A DNA stretch of 64,000 bases from Stegostoma tigrinum (taxonomy: Eukaryota): assembly GCF_030684315.1 (NCBI RefSeq), contig NC_081359.1, positions 71,734,604 to 71,798,603 of the forward strand, read 5' to 3'. Under the pieces are notes generated by a model. That model was not told the DNA's origin. It searched no databases and was given only the letters and a program-made list of their open reading frames with translations. Shown here piece by piece: positions 25,451 through 38,451 of this stretch. Positions within the stretch are counted from its first letter, which is position 1. Every line of letters begins with the position of its first letter. The translations under genes and the position numbers were made by a program.

Positions 25451-26958
25451 TGATAATGCCATTAAGGGCTACATTCGTGTTCATAAGAATGTAAAACCTT
25501 AATGTTTAGAAATATTTTAGGTTCAATATAGTTATTTTAGAAACTGTTTCCGGAGCAAATATTGACAAACTAGCCCAAAGGAAGGTTAAACATCCCAGCA
25601 ATGTATTGCTCACACTTTTCGGTCTCCGCCAGCTCCGTTTACAAATCAACCCCCAACACTTTACACTTTTCTAAATCATGGTGCCATAATCAATGCTCCT
25701 CAGTTAGCTCTTATCATTATTTTACTACATTACATGATATTGTTTTTAAAAAGTGAAAGATGACAATATTTTGTGGCAATTTTCTCAATGTTTATAAGAC
25801 ATAGTTTATCACGTGAACAGCCCCACTCTCGTCGACGTACAGAGAGAATTCCTGACATCCAAAACAGAGTAAGGTGTACATCTGCACATATACACACGCA
25901 ATTCTCTCAGCAATATAAACTGCTACGTATTTGCTACGTATTTTCTTTAGGCTGTGCGTCACCAATTTTATGTAGAAATGTGTGGCGCGTATTTTATTTG
26001 CTCGATATCTGGGTAAGGGTAATGAATTCGGGGTCAAATAAAATCCTTAAATCACTTCATTTTGGCTGACTGGATAGTTCAGGTACCGTTCCTTAGCCAA
26101 GGGGCAAAAAAAATGAATTATTGTAAGTATATAAAATTAGATACAAAACTGAAAAGCCTTTTCTCTCCCTCCGGGTGCCCGATGTCAAAACCAACCTCAA
26201 ACAAAACAGCCTTTTTTTAAAACAAAGTTTGTTACCATGGAGTGTCTGACTTACACGCTTTGACAGTCATAGACATGGCATTCAAAATTCTCTCACGATG
26301 AATCAGAACAAACGTTCTTAGTAAAAAGTGTGTATGATCGTCACCTTGGTCGGCCAGTCATTGCAAAACTGAGAAGTAGTGTTTCGCCACACATTTGCAG
26401 TGACATTCAAACAAATCCACAGGACACCAGTCTCTGAACTATTTTCTACATTCCACCGTGCCCCCAACACACGAGCCGGAGAATTTGTCAAAAAACGTTG
26501 CATTTTGATCGCATAACATTGAAACTATACAGTTTACTAGCCGTTAGCTTTGATACATTGTATTTACAACTTCATAAACATGCCAGAAAAATTCAACATA
26601 CTAAGTATTTCCCTTGCGTCTAAACGATAATTGGCGTTTGTATAATTGAAGTTAACAGCAAAGACTGACAAAACTTTGTTTCAGAATCGTCCTTATCTGC
26701 TGTGGCCTTTCCCTAATCCCAATGCAAGTCGTGTGAGTGGAACATATTTACGTCGTGAACACTACTACAGACCAATAGCTGGAAACATCTCATTCTGTTT
26801 GGTATTAGAAAAAAAATCCTACTCAGGGAACAATCACATACCAACAAGTCCTTGTCAAAACTAATCTGTACAGTGCCTCCCACCCTGCGGAAAAGCGGGA
26901 TTTGCAGAAAGCAGACCGATCCACGTTTTATACAAGAGTGCTTAAAATTCGCAACTAC

Positions 26959-27051
26959 CTTCTCTTCTGTCCCTCCACAGCCCGATATTCGAGACTCCCC
27001 CGTCAACGAAGAAGAACGGCTCTGACCAATGTTATCCTGTTGAGGCGACAT
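26959..27051 (-). CDS. ARHGAP20: Rho GTPase-activating protein 20, coding exon 1 (MSPQQDNIGQSRSSSLTGESRISGCGGTEEK)
   Basis: Translation matches the vertebrate ARHGAP20 N-terminus as I recall it (human ...MSPQQETLGGQPGRSSSLTGVSRLAGG...). ATG at 27051 with an in-frame upstream stop, phase-0 donor AAG|GTAGTT at 26959/26958, inside a CpG-rich region. Confidence 0.9.
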
Positions 27052-27187
27052 AGTTTGAAGACGTGTAATTCCTTAATTGCCGCCTGAAATCGTTACAGGG
27101 ACAAGACAGCTATTCACCAGACTGAGAGCTGAGATTCTGAGTGTTGTAGGTATCGGAGACTTCATTCGGGTGCAAAGGAGTTTCTCC

Positions 27188-27234
27188 CACTCACACACAC
27201 TCTCTCTTTCTCACACTCGCACACACACACATAC
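27188..27234. repeat. Imperfect (CA)n/(CT)n microsatellite
   Basis: cactcacacacactctctctttctcacactcgcacacacacacatac. Confidence 0.8.
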
Positions 27235-27439
27235 AGGAAGCCAATGGTTTCGGCAGTAGTTCCGAATTGCTGGCTATCTGACGATCTTGTTATTAAATAA
27301 GCTTAGTTAAAAGCAGCGTCATTGCTTTACCATGGATACTACTCGTCTTGTGCCTCGGGCTCTGGGTCTTAAAGACCCGCACCAGTCACCTACTTTGCTG
27401 AACACATATGCCAGTTGGACATCGGTGCGTATTATAAAT

Positions 27440-27465
27440 GGGGGGGCGGGGGGGGGGGGGGGGGG
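27440..27465 (+). repeat. Poly-G tract with one C (GC-box / G-quadruplex potential)
   Basis: G run interrupted by a single C at 27447; exact length may be assembly-sensitive. Confidence 0.8.
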
Positions 27466-28599
27466 ACGGCGCTCTCTGCACGTCCTGCCAGCCTTCGGTC
27501 TTCAGCATCCAGGTTCTCATATGAACCGATCACAGAAATAAACTGACTACCACCAAACACTGTTACTCCTCTCGTTTCCTCATTGTACCTTATTGACTGT
27601 CAGGGTAAACTCCTGTCTGATTAAATACAGTTTTACACAGAATGCGATGTCTTCCCTCTCTCATTTTCGATGTTGAGAAATTAATCCACTAATAAATGGA
27701 TTGTGATGGATTGAAATAAAATACTGGGAATCAAATTGTTATAGAATTTGGAAAATAGGTTCATAGATGTTCTGAAGAAGACTGGAACTCCAAGCCTTAA
27801 CGGTTTTCTTTCCACAGAATCTGCCAGAACTGATGCGTGTTGCAATTTCTGCTTTTGATTCTGTTTTGTCCTACACACTTCAAGATTTCTGTCAATAACC
27901 TCTCCTCAAAAAGTCCAACAATAATCTTTCCACCGTCTCCAAACACTGTCAATTACCCAAGCTTTCATTCATCACTAAAATATCCAACATTTCATTGGTT
28001 GTCAGTTTCCTGCCCAACTGCCGTTGTAACTACTTCCCTTGTTCTCTGCTGGAAGACAAGTAAAAGCCACAGGGCTGTGATCTCCATAAGAGATAAGACA
28101 AAGAGACAGGTCCACCCCTGCTGGAACAGGGATCAAACCCCACGTTGTTGGCACCGGACTGACCCACAACAGCCTTCCAGGTGACCAGGTCCTCAAGAAG
28201 TTCAAATTAGACACATCTGGAACTACCGATAGTGATGGTAGGGATTCCAACTCCATGGCTGACTAGGAATCTCTCCTGCTCTTAATTGCCTGCCATAGGC
28301 ATGTGTTTGAAGGAATTATAAATTGATGAACGACCTATTTAGCCATGTTATGAAATTCTGGAATGTAAATTGAAGCTAAAGTTTCTGACTCAGACACATG
28401 GATGTACCCAGTGCATCATTGTACCATAACTCCCTCTTGACATTCATTCAATTCTAATTGTAGCTTGCCCTGATTTAAACAATCAATATGTCATTTATTA
28501 GTGTGACAGCAGAGCATTACTAATCTGTCCTTGTATTCGTGTTTCATGGTGTTTGATATAGTTATCTACTCAGGCATTCTGCACTGCTCTCCTCTAACA

Positions 28600-29460
28600 G
28601 CCACTTCCTAGACTGCCCTAGCCTGATTCCACATCTAATGGTCACAATGGAATCAGCAAACCTATTGCAACAACTTCTGCTCTCATCTTTCACAGGTCCC
28701 TTGGTTGTATCATCAGGTGAGATTCTTGCCCTCATTTTCCTCATGTATCTGCTGTCCCTTGCAAATATTATTCATAGCCACAAAGCGGCTTTTATCCATA
28801 CCTAGGCATTTAAATCTTTCCCGTATGCACCATCCTAACTCATGACACCTTGATCCTAGATAAAGCAATAATTTCTTTTAGTTGAAGATCAGCAATTCCT
28901 ACCAGAATCCCTGTGCCTTATATTTAATCTCCTCTCCTCGCTCTGGGAACCACTCGTTACAAACCTTATTGCACACATTCTCAATACTCTGATTCAACCC
29001 TGGTTTATTTTTCAAACTCCACGTTTCACCCGCCACCGAAGGCCATCGATTTCCACCTCCAACTTTCTGATCTCATCATAACTGCTGCTGCAACCTCATT
29101 GCCTCTGAACATAATTCATCTTTCTTTTCTCCAAACTCCTGAGTACCATCTTTGTCAATGTTTTAACAAACTATAACTTGAATAGGATCCTCCTAATAAA
29201 TTCCTATCCCCAATCATGTCTGTCCCCATATCATCACCTTATGTTCACAATACATCATTCTAATTGATGGATATCGCAATCACATCAGACCTCAACCTTC
29301 CTCATAGTTTAGCTGTAGCAACTTCAACATTCCTGACAGCAGCCATCCCACTGTCCAATCCACTCTTGCTATGTATAGTACAATGTTCTCTCTAAAATGC
29401 TTCACATAGTATTTACTCTCTTCCTTCCTTCAAAATGTTTCTAAAATTTGAGCTTTGTGA
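28600..29460 (+). mobile_element. Ancient L2-like RT relic
   Basis: LIFLMYLLSLANIIHSH resembles L2 LLFxIYxLPLGxIIxxH; pyrimidine-rich. Confidence 0.4.
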
Positions 29461-29580
29461 CGTTGCATTGTACAATTTCTTAATTCCCTGCTGCACATCC
29501 ACTTATTTTAATTCTGTCAATATTTTGACAGTTGTTTGAATGTTCAAGTTGTCATTTAATGTTTTCACTTGCATTCTGAA

Positions 29581-29682
29581 TTCTGAGGAAGGGTCACCAG
29601 ACCCAAAATGCTAACTCTGGTTTTTCATAGCAGATCCTGCTGGACCTGCCGAGCCTTTTCAGCAACTTCTGTTTTTGTTCTT
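29581..29682 (+). mobile_element. PLE pLTR-type short element of a second subfamily, decayed hammerhead
   Basis: CTGAGGA-A-GGGTC-ACCA-GACCC-AAAA (GAAA mutated), followed by a cagat..tgctggacctgc.gag tail. Confidence 0.6.
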
Positions 29683-29744
29683 CATGTGTATTATTTCCCA
29701 ATTCATAATAAGGTTCCAGGTTTAATTTATTTATCAGGAAAACT

Positions 29745-31760
29745 GTGTTGATGCAGAAGAGGCAGGGTGAGGTCTTAATCAAATAGCTTGTATCAGTATT
29801 CACCAAAGAGAAGGAATTGGTGGAAAATGATCTCAGGTAAGGTAGTGTTGAATTTCTTAGCCAAGTTGCTATTAAAAAGAAGCAGGTGCTGTGCATCTTA
29901 AAAAGTATTAAAGTAGATGAGTCCCTGGGTCCTGATGGGATCTATTTCAGAATATTGAGGGAGGCAAGAGAACCAATTGCTGGACCATGGACAGATATCC
30001 TAGTATCCTCTTTGGCCACAGATGAAGTCCCGGAAGATTGGAGAATAGCTAATGTTGTCCCATTGTTTAAAAAGGGTAACAGGGATAATCCAGGAAATTT
30101 CAGGCCTGTGAGCCTCACATCAGTGATAGGAAATTACTGGAAAAGATTCTCAGGGACAAGATCCGCAAGCATTTAGAAGCAAATGGAATGATTAGCAATA
30201 AACTGCATGGTTTTGTACGAGGTCAGGTCATGTCTCACTAACTTGATTGCATTTTTTGAAGAGGTGACAAAGATCACTGATGAGGTAAAAGCATTTGATG
30301 TTTTCTACGTGGGCTTCAGTAAAGCCTTTGACAAGGTCCCTCATGGCAAACTGATACCAAAGGCGAAGTCATATGGTATCAAGGGTGAACTGGCAAAATG
30401 GATACAGGACTGGCTTAGTCATGGGAGAGAGAAGGTAGTGGTGGAAGGATGCTTTTCGGAATGGAGGGCTGTGATTGTGGTGTTCCACAGGGTTCAGTAT
30501 GTATGTGACTTACATTAATGATTTGGAGGAAAACATTGTTGGTCTAATTAGTAAGTTTTCAGACAAATCAAAGATTGGTGGAGTTGTAGATAGTGAGGAG
30601 GATCGTCAGAATGATACAGTAGGATATAGATCAGTTGGAGGCATTGGTAGAAAAATGGCAGATGGAGTTTAATCCAGACGACTCTGAGGTGATGCATTTT
30701 GGAAGGTCAAATACAGGTAGAAATTATACAGTGAACAGCAGAATAACTAGGAGTATTGATATGCAGAGAGATCTGGGTGTGCCAGTCCACAGATCACTAA
30801 AGCTGGCAGTGCAGGGAGATAAAGTGGTAAAAAAGGCCTACGGCATGCTTGCCTTCGTTGGAAGTGGGATTGAGTGTAAGGATAGGCAAGTTATGCTGTA
30901 GCTTTATAGAAGTTTTTAGGCCACGTTTGGATATTGCGTACTGTATTGGTCACCACACTACCAGAAGGATGTGAATACTTTGGAGAAGGTACAGAAAAGG
31001 TTTACCAGAATGTGGCCTGACATTGGAGATTTTAGCTATAGAACATAGAACATAGAACAGTACAGCACAGAACAGGCCCTTCAGCCCACAATGTTGTGCC
31101 GACCATTGATCCTCATGTATGCACCCTCAAATTTCTGTGACCATATACATGTCCAGCAGTCTCTTAAATGACCCCAATGACCTTGCTTCCACAACTGCTG
31201 CTGGCAACGCATTCCATGCTCTCACAACTCTCTGCGTAAAGAACCTGCCTCTGACATCCCCTCTATACTTTCCACCAACCAGCTTAAATGTTGACAGTTC
31301 ATAGCTGTTCTACTGAATCTGAAAGGTTGGATAGACTGGGTTTGTTTTCACTGGAATACAAGTGGTTGAGGGGCGACCTCACAGAAGTTAATTAGATTGT
31401 GGATGGCATGGATCAAGTGGAAAGTATGAGGCTTTTTTTCCCAGAGTGGAAGGGTCACTTACTACGGGACATAGGTTCAAGGTGCAAAGTCGGGTGTGGT
31501 GGGCGGGGAGTTTAAAAGAGATGTGTGAGGTAAGATTTTCACACAAAGTGTGGTAGTGCCTGGAACACGCTGCCAGAGGAGGTGGTGGAAGCAGACATAA
31601 CAGCAGCATTCAGGGAGCACCTGGATGAATAAATGAATAGGAAGGGAATAGAGGGATACAGATCCTGTAATTGAAGATAGTTTTAGGACGAAATGTGTCG
31701 ACACAGGCTTGTAGGGCTGAAGGGCCTGTCCTGGGCTGTTTTGTTCTTTGTTCTTTGAGC
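29745..31760 (+). mobile_element. CR1 LINE ORF2 3' half, decayed
   Basis: ORFs 29886-30901: SLGPDGIYFRILRE, NFRPVSLTSV, FSKAFDKVPH, KWQMEFN; tail gaagggcctgtcctgggctgttttgttctttg. Confidence 0.92.
31040..31290 (-). mobile_element. CR1 3' end nested antisense in another CR1
   Basis: (agaacat)n tail and sequence similar to 14612-14870. Confidence 0.85.
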
Positions 31761-32377
31761 TTTATTCATACATAGATTTTGATATATTTACAATCAATAT
31801 TTGGAAAAGAAATGTCAGTTTATGCACAATGGCTAATTTCAGTTAGACCTTCATTTAGGGAGCTCTTGAGGACCCAGTATGAAACAGGTTTCCAATGGAT
31901 AAGAAATAAATACTCATTATACACGTTGTCAGTATAGAATTAAACTGTCTTCTACTAGGAGGATGTGTGCCTACCGATTTGAGACAATTGAGAATAACTG
32001 GTACATGGGTTACACAGTTTTAAGTTATGTCTTGCAATGACATCTTCCTTGACTAAGCTATGATTTACTGTTTGAAGTGGTGTGGGAGACCACAACAACT
32101 CCTATCTATTGTAAGCTGTTAAAACACAAAAATAAAACACATATTAGACAGAAGCGTGATGCAATTGCCATTCAACAAAACTTGCCTTTATGTTTCATAG
32201 CTGTAACATAGCTATTTTAGAGCTGAGGGTCTTTTGTTGTGAAGCCCACATTACAAATTGTGTTTATTTAATCAATTATTTGCAGTCACCATAACCTTGG
32301 TGGAACATTCACATCGTTTTGCTACTTCTCTGATATTTTTCAAACTGCCTAATTTCACTGTTAAATATTATCTACCC

Positions 32378-32688
32378 ACGTTGACTCAGTGGTTAGCGCT
32401 GCTTCTTCACAGCACCAGGGACCCAGGTTTGCTTCCAACCTTGGGTGGCTGTCCATGTGGAGTTTGCACATTCTCCCCATGTCTGCATGGGTTTCCTCCC
32501 ACAGTCCAAAGATGTATAGATTAGGTGGATTGTCCATAGTGTGCAGACTATCTAGATTAGCCATGGGAAATGCAGGGTTACATGGATAGGGTATGTGGGT
32601 GGGCCTAGTGGGATGCTGTTTGGAAGTTTGGTATGGACTTGATGGGCCAAATGGCTTGCTTCCACACTGTAGGGATTCTATGATTCTA
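32378..32688 (+). mobile_element. HE1-type V-SINE
   Basis: Same head, V-domain and tail (tgtagggattctatgattct). Confidence 0.88.
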
Positions 32689-33184
32689 ATTATAAGTCCC
32701 CCTGCTACCTGCAATTGATGTCTATTACTGATGCCAATCCTTCAGCAATCCAGTGCAATGAGGCCCATCCTTAGAACTTATCTGCTTTCTTTCCCCACAA
32801 TACCATGGACTGTCCTCTGTCTATTAATGATCTAAACCTCATGCCTTTCTGTACCCCCAGCCCTACACTGACTTGGCAGGACATACCCAACAGGCCAGAG
32901 CATATCCTGCCCTGATGTCTCTACAGCACCCCGATTGCTATACATGCAAGTCTTGGACTTGTATGATCTCAAAGACTGTCTACAGACTCCAAGAGCATGG
33001 ATCCTTGGAATGACATTGGTCCAGGTGATTAACTGATTGGTCAATATAATGGACTGACTCGGAACTCCTCATTGATTGACTGCGGTAGTACCCATTCACC
33101 AACTGGAATTCACCTTCACCCCGCTAAACACCCATCTCCTTTCACCATTTTCCCTATACAGTATGTTTCCTTGTGAGCCACTAG

Positions 33185-33350
33185 AAAGTTACAACATTTA
33201 AAAGACAATTGGACAGGTACATGGATAGGGAAGGTTTAGAAATATATGGGCCAAATACAAGCAAATGGGAGTAGTTCAGTTTAAGAAACCTGGTCAGCAT
33301 AGGTGAGTTGTGTTGAAGGGCCTGTTTCTGTGCTGTATGACTCTATGTCT
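33185..33350 (+). mobile_element. CR1 3' end
   Basis: acaacatttaaaagacaattggacagg...tgtgctgtatgactctatg. Confidence 0.8.
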
Positions 33351-34199
33351 CTACATAATGCAGTTCTGACATTGATGTGGCATCATTCCACATAATGACA
33401 TGTCCACCCCTGCCTGATGAATACATTTGCTCTTCAAAGCTCTGCACAACTGCAAGCTGCCTGCCTCTCCTTCAGTGCTTAAAAGTGGGTTAAAACACAG
33501 ACACTGCCTCTGCAGCAGAGTTAAACAATTTATGAGTTAAAAGAAAGCTGAGATCCAGAACATGCCTGGCTCTTTGTCAATGCTGATAATTCTGTATAGA
33601 TATTTAAAATGCATGGCTGGCTCACAGAGCAAATCCACCTTCCAAAAGGGTAAAAATCCTGTCTGTCTGAAAGTACATGCTTCAAGTCCTGAAGTCATGC
33701 TTGATTTCGACCGAGTGCAAGTGTGATGATGCTGTGAGACTGCTGCTTTCCCAATACTAAGTTGCATTGATGAAGAGTCAAAGAAGACCTTGAAGACACC
33801 CTGTGCAGAAAACGCAATTCCATGTAAAGAGAAGCTTGATGGCCTACACAGCCATTCACTGAGATGCAATAGATACAGACACCAGTAGTGACTAGGTACT
33901 AGCTCTATTTTGACAGTTGGGTGTTTGGGGATCATGTTTCTCAATTGTGGAAAGGAAACTCGGGAAATGTATTGTCAGTATAGTGGATTGGGATTTGACT
34001 GAGATGCAAATATATGGAAATTAGCAACAGCAAGATTCTGAGCTTACCATCTAAGGCTTGAGGATTTACTTCTTTTCCTTGATAGCGAATCTGATTTTTT
34101 GACTCTCACCCAATGATGTCCTCTCACTCACCATTATTCTTGCCATCTCAGAGGGGAGCAAGTTCTATCCTATATCTAGAGTTAGAGTTATGAAATAGA

Positions 34200-34660
34200 A
34201 TTGGGGATGTTATGTGGATTATTGTTTATTATTATTCAGAAGAAGATAGTGACATACATTTGCCAGGAAAACAGAGAAATGTTAAAATTAGAGTGCAGTA
34301 ATATTAGGAATGGCAACTACCCTAATATAATTTACAAGATATATCACAAAAGGTGGGGCGTACAAATAATTTTGAAAACATATTCAGAAGAATTTTCTTA
34401 AAATATTTCCATAAAATGAGGAAGAAAGCAGTGCTGAATCTGGTTCTGGGTAGTTAAGTAGGGCAAGTAGACTTTGTTGCAGTGGGTCAATGTCTGTGTA
34501 ATAAAATTATAACATAATTAGATTTAAGGAAGATAAGGAATGCACCAAATTAAAATCAAAGTGAAAATATCCCACTAGAAAAGAGACAATGTCAGTGATT
34601 TCAAAAGCACCTAAACTTAGGCAAACTCGGAACTAAAATTGGCCAGGCAGAGATATATTA
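34200..34660 (+). mobile_element. Decayed CR1 endonuclease fragment
   Basis: ILGMATTL/GNYPNI, EAVLNLVLG remnants. Confidence 0.45.
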
Positions 34661-34683
34661 GACACAATTCAACCCACATTAGC

Positions 34684-37600
34684 CATAGAGCCACAGAGTC
34701 ATACGGCATGGCCCAACTAGTCCATGCCAAACATGTTCCCAAGCTAAACTTGTCCCACTTGCCTGCATTTGACCCATATCCCTCCAAGTCTTACCTATTC
34801 ATGTGCTTATCCATATGGCTTTTAAATGTTGTAATTGTACCCTGCATCCACCATGTCCTCTGGCAGTTAATTCCACACACGAGCTATATGCTGTATAAAA
34901 ACAATTGTCCTTCATGTCCTTTCTAAAACTTTCTCCTCTCACCTTTAAAAATATGCCCCTAGTTTTGAACTCCTCCACCGTAAGGAATAGCTACTTGCTA
35001 TCCACCTTAACCGTGCCCCTCATGGTTTTATAAACCTCTATGAGGTCACTCCTCAACTTTCTATGGTCCAGTGAAAAGAGTTGCAGGCTATCCAACCTAT
35101 CCTTATAACTCAAAGCCTCCATTCCTGGCCACATCCTGGTAAATCTTTTCTGAGTCCGCTTGAATTTAATAATGCTAAACACCTTCTTAACCACACTGTC
35201 CATCTATGATGCAGCTTTCAATAAAGTGTGTACCTAGCTCACTCTGTTCTACAACACCACAGACGACCCCAACAATAATTGTACAAGTCCTGTCCTTGTT
35301 TCTTTTACCAAAATGCAACACCTCGCACTTATCCAAATTAAACTCCATCTGCCACTTCTCACCCTATTGACCCAATTAATCAAGATCTCTTTGTAATCTC
35401 AGATAACCACCTTCACTGTCCACTACACCACCAATTTTTGCAACATCTGTAAACTTACTAACTATCCCTCCTATATTCTCATCTAAATCGTTTATGTAAA
35501 TGACAAACAAAAGTGGACCCAGTACTGATCCCTGCGGAATACCACTGGTCACAAGGCTCTACTCCGACAACAACCATTCCACCACCACTGTCTGTCTCTT
35601 ACCATCGAGCCAATTTTATATCTAATTGGCAACCTCACCCTAAATCCATGCGACTTAGCTTTACCAATTAGTCTACCACATGGAACCACATCAAAGGCTA
35701 AAGTCCATATAAACAATATCTACTGCTCTTTCCTAATCAATCATTTTATTTACTTCCTAAAGAAACTCAGTCAAGTTTCTAAGACACATTTCCGTTGCTC
35801 AAAACCATGAATTTTATCCCTAATCATTCCGTGCCTCCCCAAATGCATGTAAATCCTATTTTTCAGAAGCACCTCCAACACTTACCCACTATGACGTCAG
35901 GCTCCATAGTTCCCAGGCTTCTCCTTACAGCCTTTCCAAAGTAAAGGCACAACATTAATCATCCTCTGCCTTCTCACCCGTGGTTATAGGTGATATAAAT
36001 ATTTCTGCTACGGGGTCCGCAATTTCGTCCCTAACTTCCACAATGTGCTAGGATAGTCTTGATCAAGTCCCAAAGATTTATCCACCTTTACACTTTCTAA
36101 AGCCGACAGCACTTCCTCTTCTGTAATGTGAACTATTTTGAAAACATCAACATTTATTTCTCTGAGTTCCCTAAACTCCATTTCTTTCTCCTCAGTAAAT
36201 ATTGATGCGAAATATTCATTAGTATATCTCCGATCTCCTGAGGTACAATGCATAGCTGACGTCATTGATCTTTAAGGGGCCCTACTCTCTCTCTGTTTGC
36301 TCTTAATATACTTGTAGAACCTCTTTGCATTATCCTAATCTTATCTGCCAAGGCTTTCTCATGATTTGTCCTCTTGATTTCCCTTCTAAGAATGACTCCA
36401 CGCTCTTTGTACTCTTCAAGAGATTCATTTGATTCCAGTTTTTTGTATCTAATATATGATTCTTTCTTATTCTTGTTAAAACCTCAATATCTTAATTCAC
36501 CCTGAACTTACCAGCCTTTCCCTTCACTCTAACAAGAACATACTGCCTCTTCTCTCGTTATCTCACTTTTGAAAGCCTCCCATTCGTCAGTCGTCCCTTT
36601 ACCTAAGAACAGTCTACCCCAATCAACTTTTGAAAGTTCTTGTCTTGTACCATTAAAATTTGTCTTACTCCAATTGTAAACTTTAACATTTATGGAAGGC
36701 CTTTCCCTTTCCATAGCAATTTTAAAACTACTGGAATTATGATCACAAATCCCAAAGTGTTCCCCTACTGACACTTCTGTCACTTGTCCTGCCTTGTTTT
36801 ACAGGAGAAGGTCAAGTTCTGTTCCTTCTCTTGTAGGTACATTAATATATTGATAACGAAAATTTTCTTGATAATATTTAACAAATATATCACCATCCAA
36901 GCCTTTAACACTATGACAGTCCCAGTCAATGTTTGGAAAATTAAAACTCCCAGTATTACAACCCTATTATTCTTACATATATCTGAGATCTCTCTATATA
37001 TTTGCTGCTCAATTCCTCTCTTGCAATTAGGGGGCCTGTAATATGTTTCCATCAGGGTGATCATCCCTTTCTGATTTCTAATTTCTACCCATATAGTTTC
37101 ACTAAATGATCCTGTAGAAATATCCTGTCTAATTACAGCAGTAATGTTTTCCTTAATCAAAAACGCCACTCCATCTCCTTTCTTGCCTCCCATTTTATCC
37201 TTCCAATGGCATCTGAAACCCAGAACTTTGAGATGCCAGTCCTTCCCTTCCCTGAGCCAAGTTCCTGTAATAGCTCCCATGCATGCCCTGAGCGCACCAG
37301 CCTTACCTCTAAGACCCCTCGCATTGAAATTAATGCAGGTTAATTCTTCAGAGTTACCCATTCTCTGACTTGCTCTTGTCTGCCTTTTTATAACTAAATT
37401 GCTCTTTTCTGATTCAAAACCATCCTCATCTGTCTTTCTGTTTCTCCTGCTACTTAAGAACACCCTAATCCTCCTCTCTACTAGTTTAAAGGCTCCCAAA
37501 ATAGAACTAGCAAATCTGCCTGCCAGGATATCGGCCCCTTTCCAGTTCAGGTGAAACAAATCTCTTTCAAACTGAGCTAGGGGAACACAACAGACCAGGC

Positions 37601-38200
37601 AGCATCAGAGGAGCAGGAAAGCTGACCATTTGGGCCGGGACCCTTCTTCAGAAAAAGGGTCTGAAGAAGGGTCCCAACCTGAAACATCAGCTTTCCTGCT
37701 CCTCTGATGCTGCCTGGCCTGCTGTGTCCATCCAGCTCCATATTGTGTTATCTCTGACTCCAGCATTGGCAGTTCTTACTTCCCATTTCAAACTGGTCCT
37801 TTCTGCCTCAGAAGAGATCCCAATGATCCAAAAATCTGAATCATTGCACATTGCACCATCTCTTCAGCTAATGATTTATCAGCTGTTTCTTTTATTCCTA
37901 CTCTCCTTAGAACATGGCACAGGGATAAGCCAGAGATTACTGCCTTTGAGGTTTTGCTTTTTAACCTTCTTATATTCACTGTTCAAAGCCTTAACCCTTT
38001 CCCTAACTATGTCATTCTTAAAAATGTGCACAACAACTTCTGGCTTCTCACTCACTTTTGACAATATACTTCAATTGTTTGAGAATCCTTAACCCTGGCA
38101 CCAGGGAGGCAACATACTATCCTACATTCATGCTCACAGCCACAGTCTCCTGTCTGTACCCCTGACAGGAGAGACCTATATAACAATTATTCCTCTAAAT
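34684..38200 (-). mobile_element. Near full-length CR1 LINE (ORF1 esterase-like region + ORF2), decayed
   Basis: HLNWKGADILAGRF (ORF1 end), INFNARGL, TWLREG, YYRPPN (endonuclease), RT remnants and 3' tail. Confidence 0.92.
37575..37785 (+). mobile_element. Palindromic PLE pLTR-derived short element inserted in a CR1
   Basis: Inverted arms, TSD TTTCAAACTG at 37565-37574 and 37786-37795, hammerhead-like cores on both strands (37661-37688 on +, 37624-37651 on -). Confidence 0.85.
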
Positions 38201-38451
38201 CTTGACAAACCCCGCTTAATGTAAGATTCATTGTTAGTATCCAAGATCTGACTACCACTTCTTTTTTCCTCTGAGAGAGTATCCCCTTCAACAATTATTG
38301 CCACAAGATGAAAAGCCAGAGCATTCAAGTCACAGCTTCCTGGATGAAAAAGAAATACCGGTTAAAATAGAGGAAAAGTTTATGTCAAATTTCTGATATC
38401 AAACACATTTGAATATAAGCAAAACACAGAAGGTACAAGGGAAAATTGAAA

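Larger units (their letters stand above)
25820..27560 (-). promoter_or_regulatory. CpG-enriched promoter / first-exon region of ARHGAP20
   Basis: Visible rise in CpG density versus flanks and free of recognisable transposons. Contains CAGGAAG (ETS-like) next to CCAAT at ~27234-27245, a CA/CT microsatellite, TATAAA at 27433-27438 and a G run with GGGGCGGGG. Confidence 0.7.

Noticed and set aside
26713-26958. Remainder of the 112-aa ORF 26713-27051
   Set aside because: Similarity to ARHGAP20 stops at the GT donor after K31; the rest is intron read-through.
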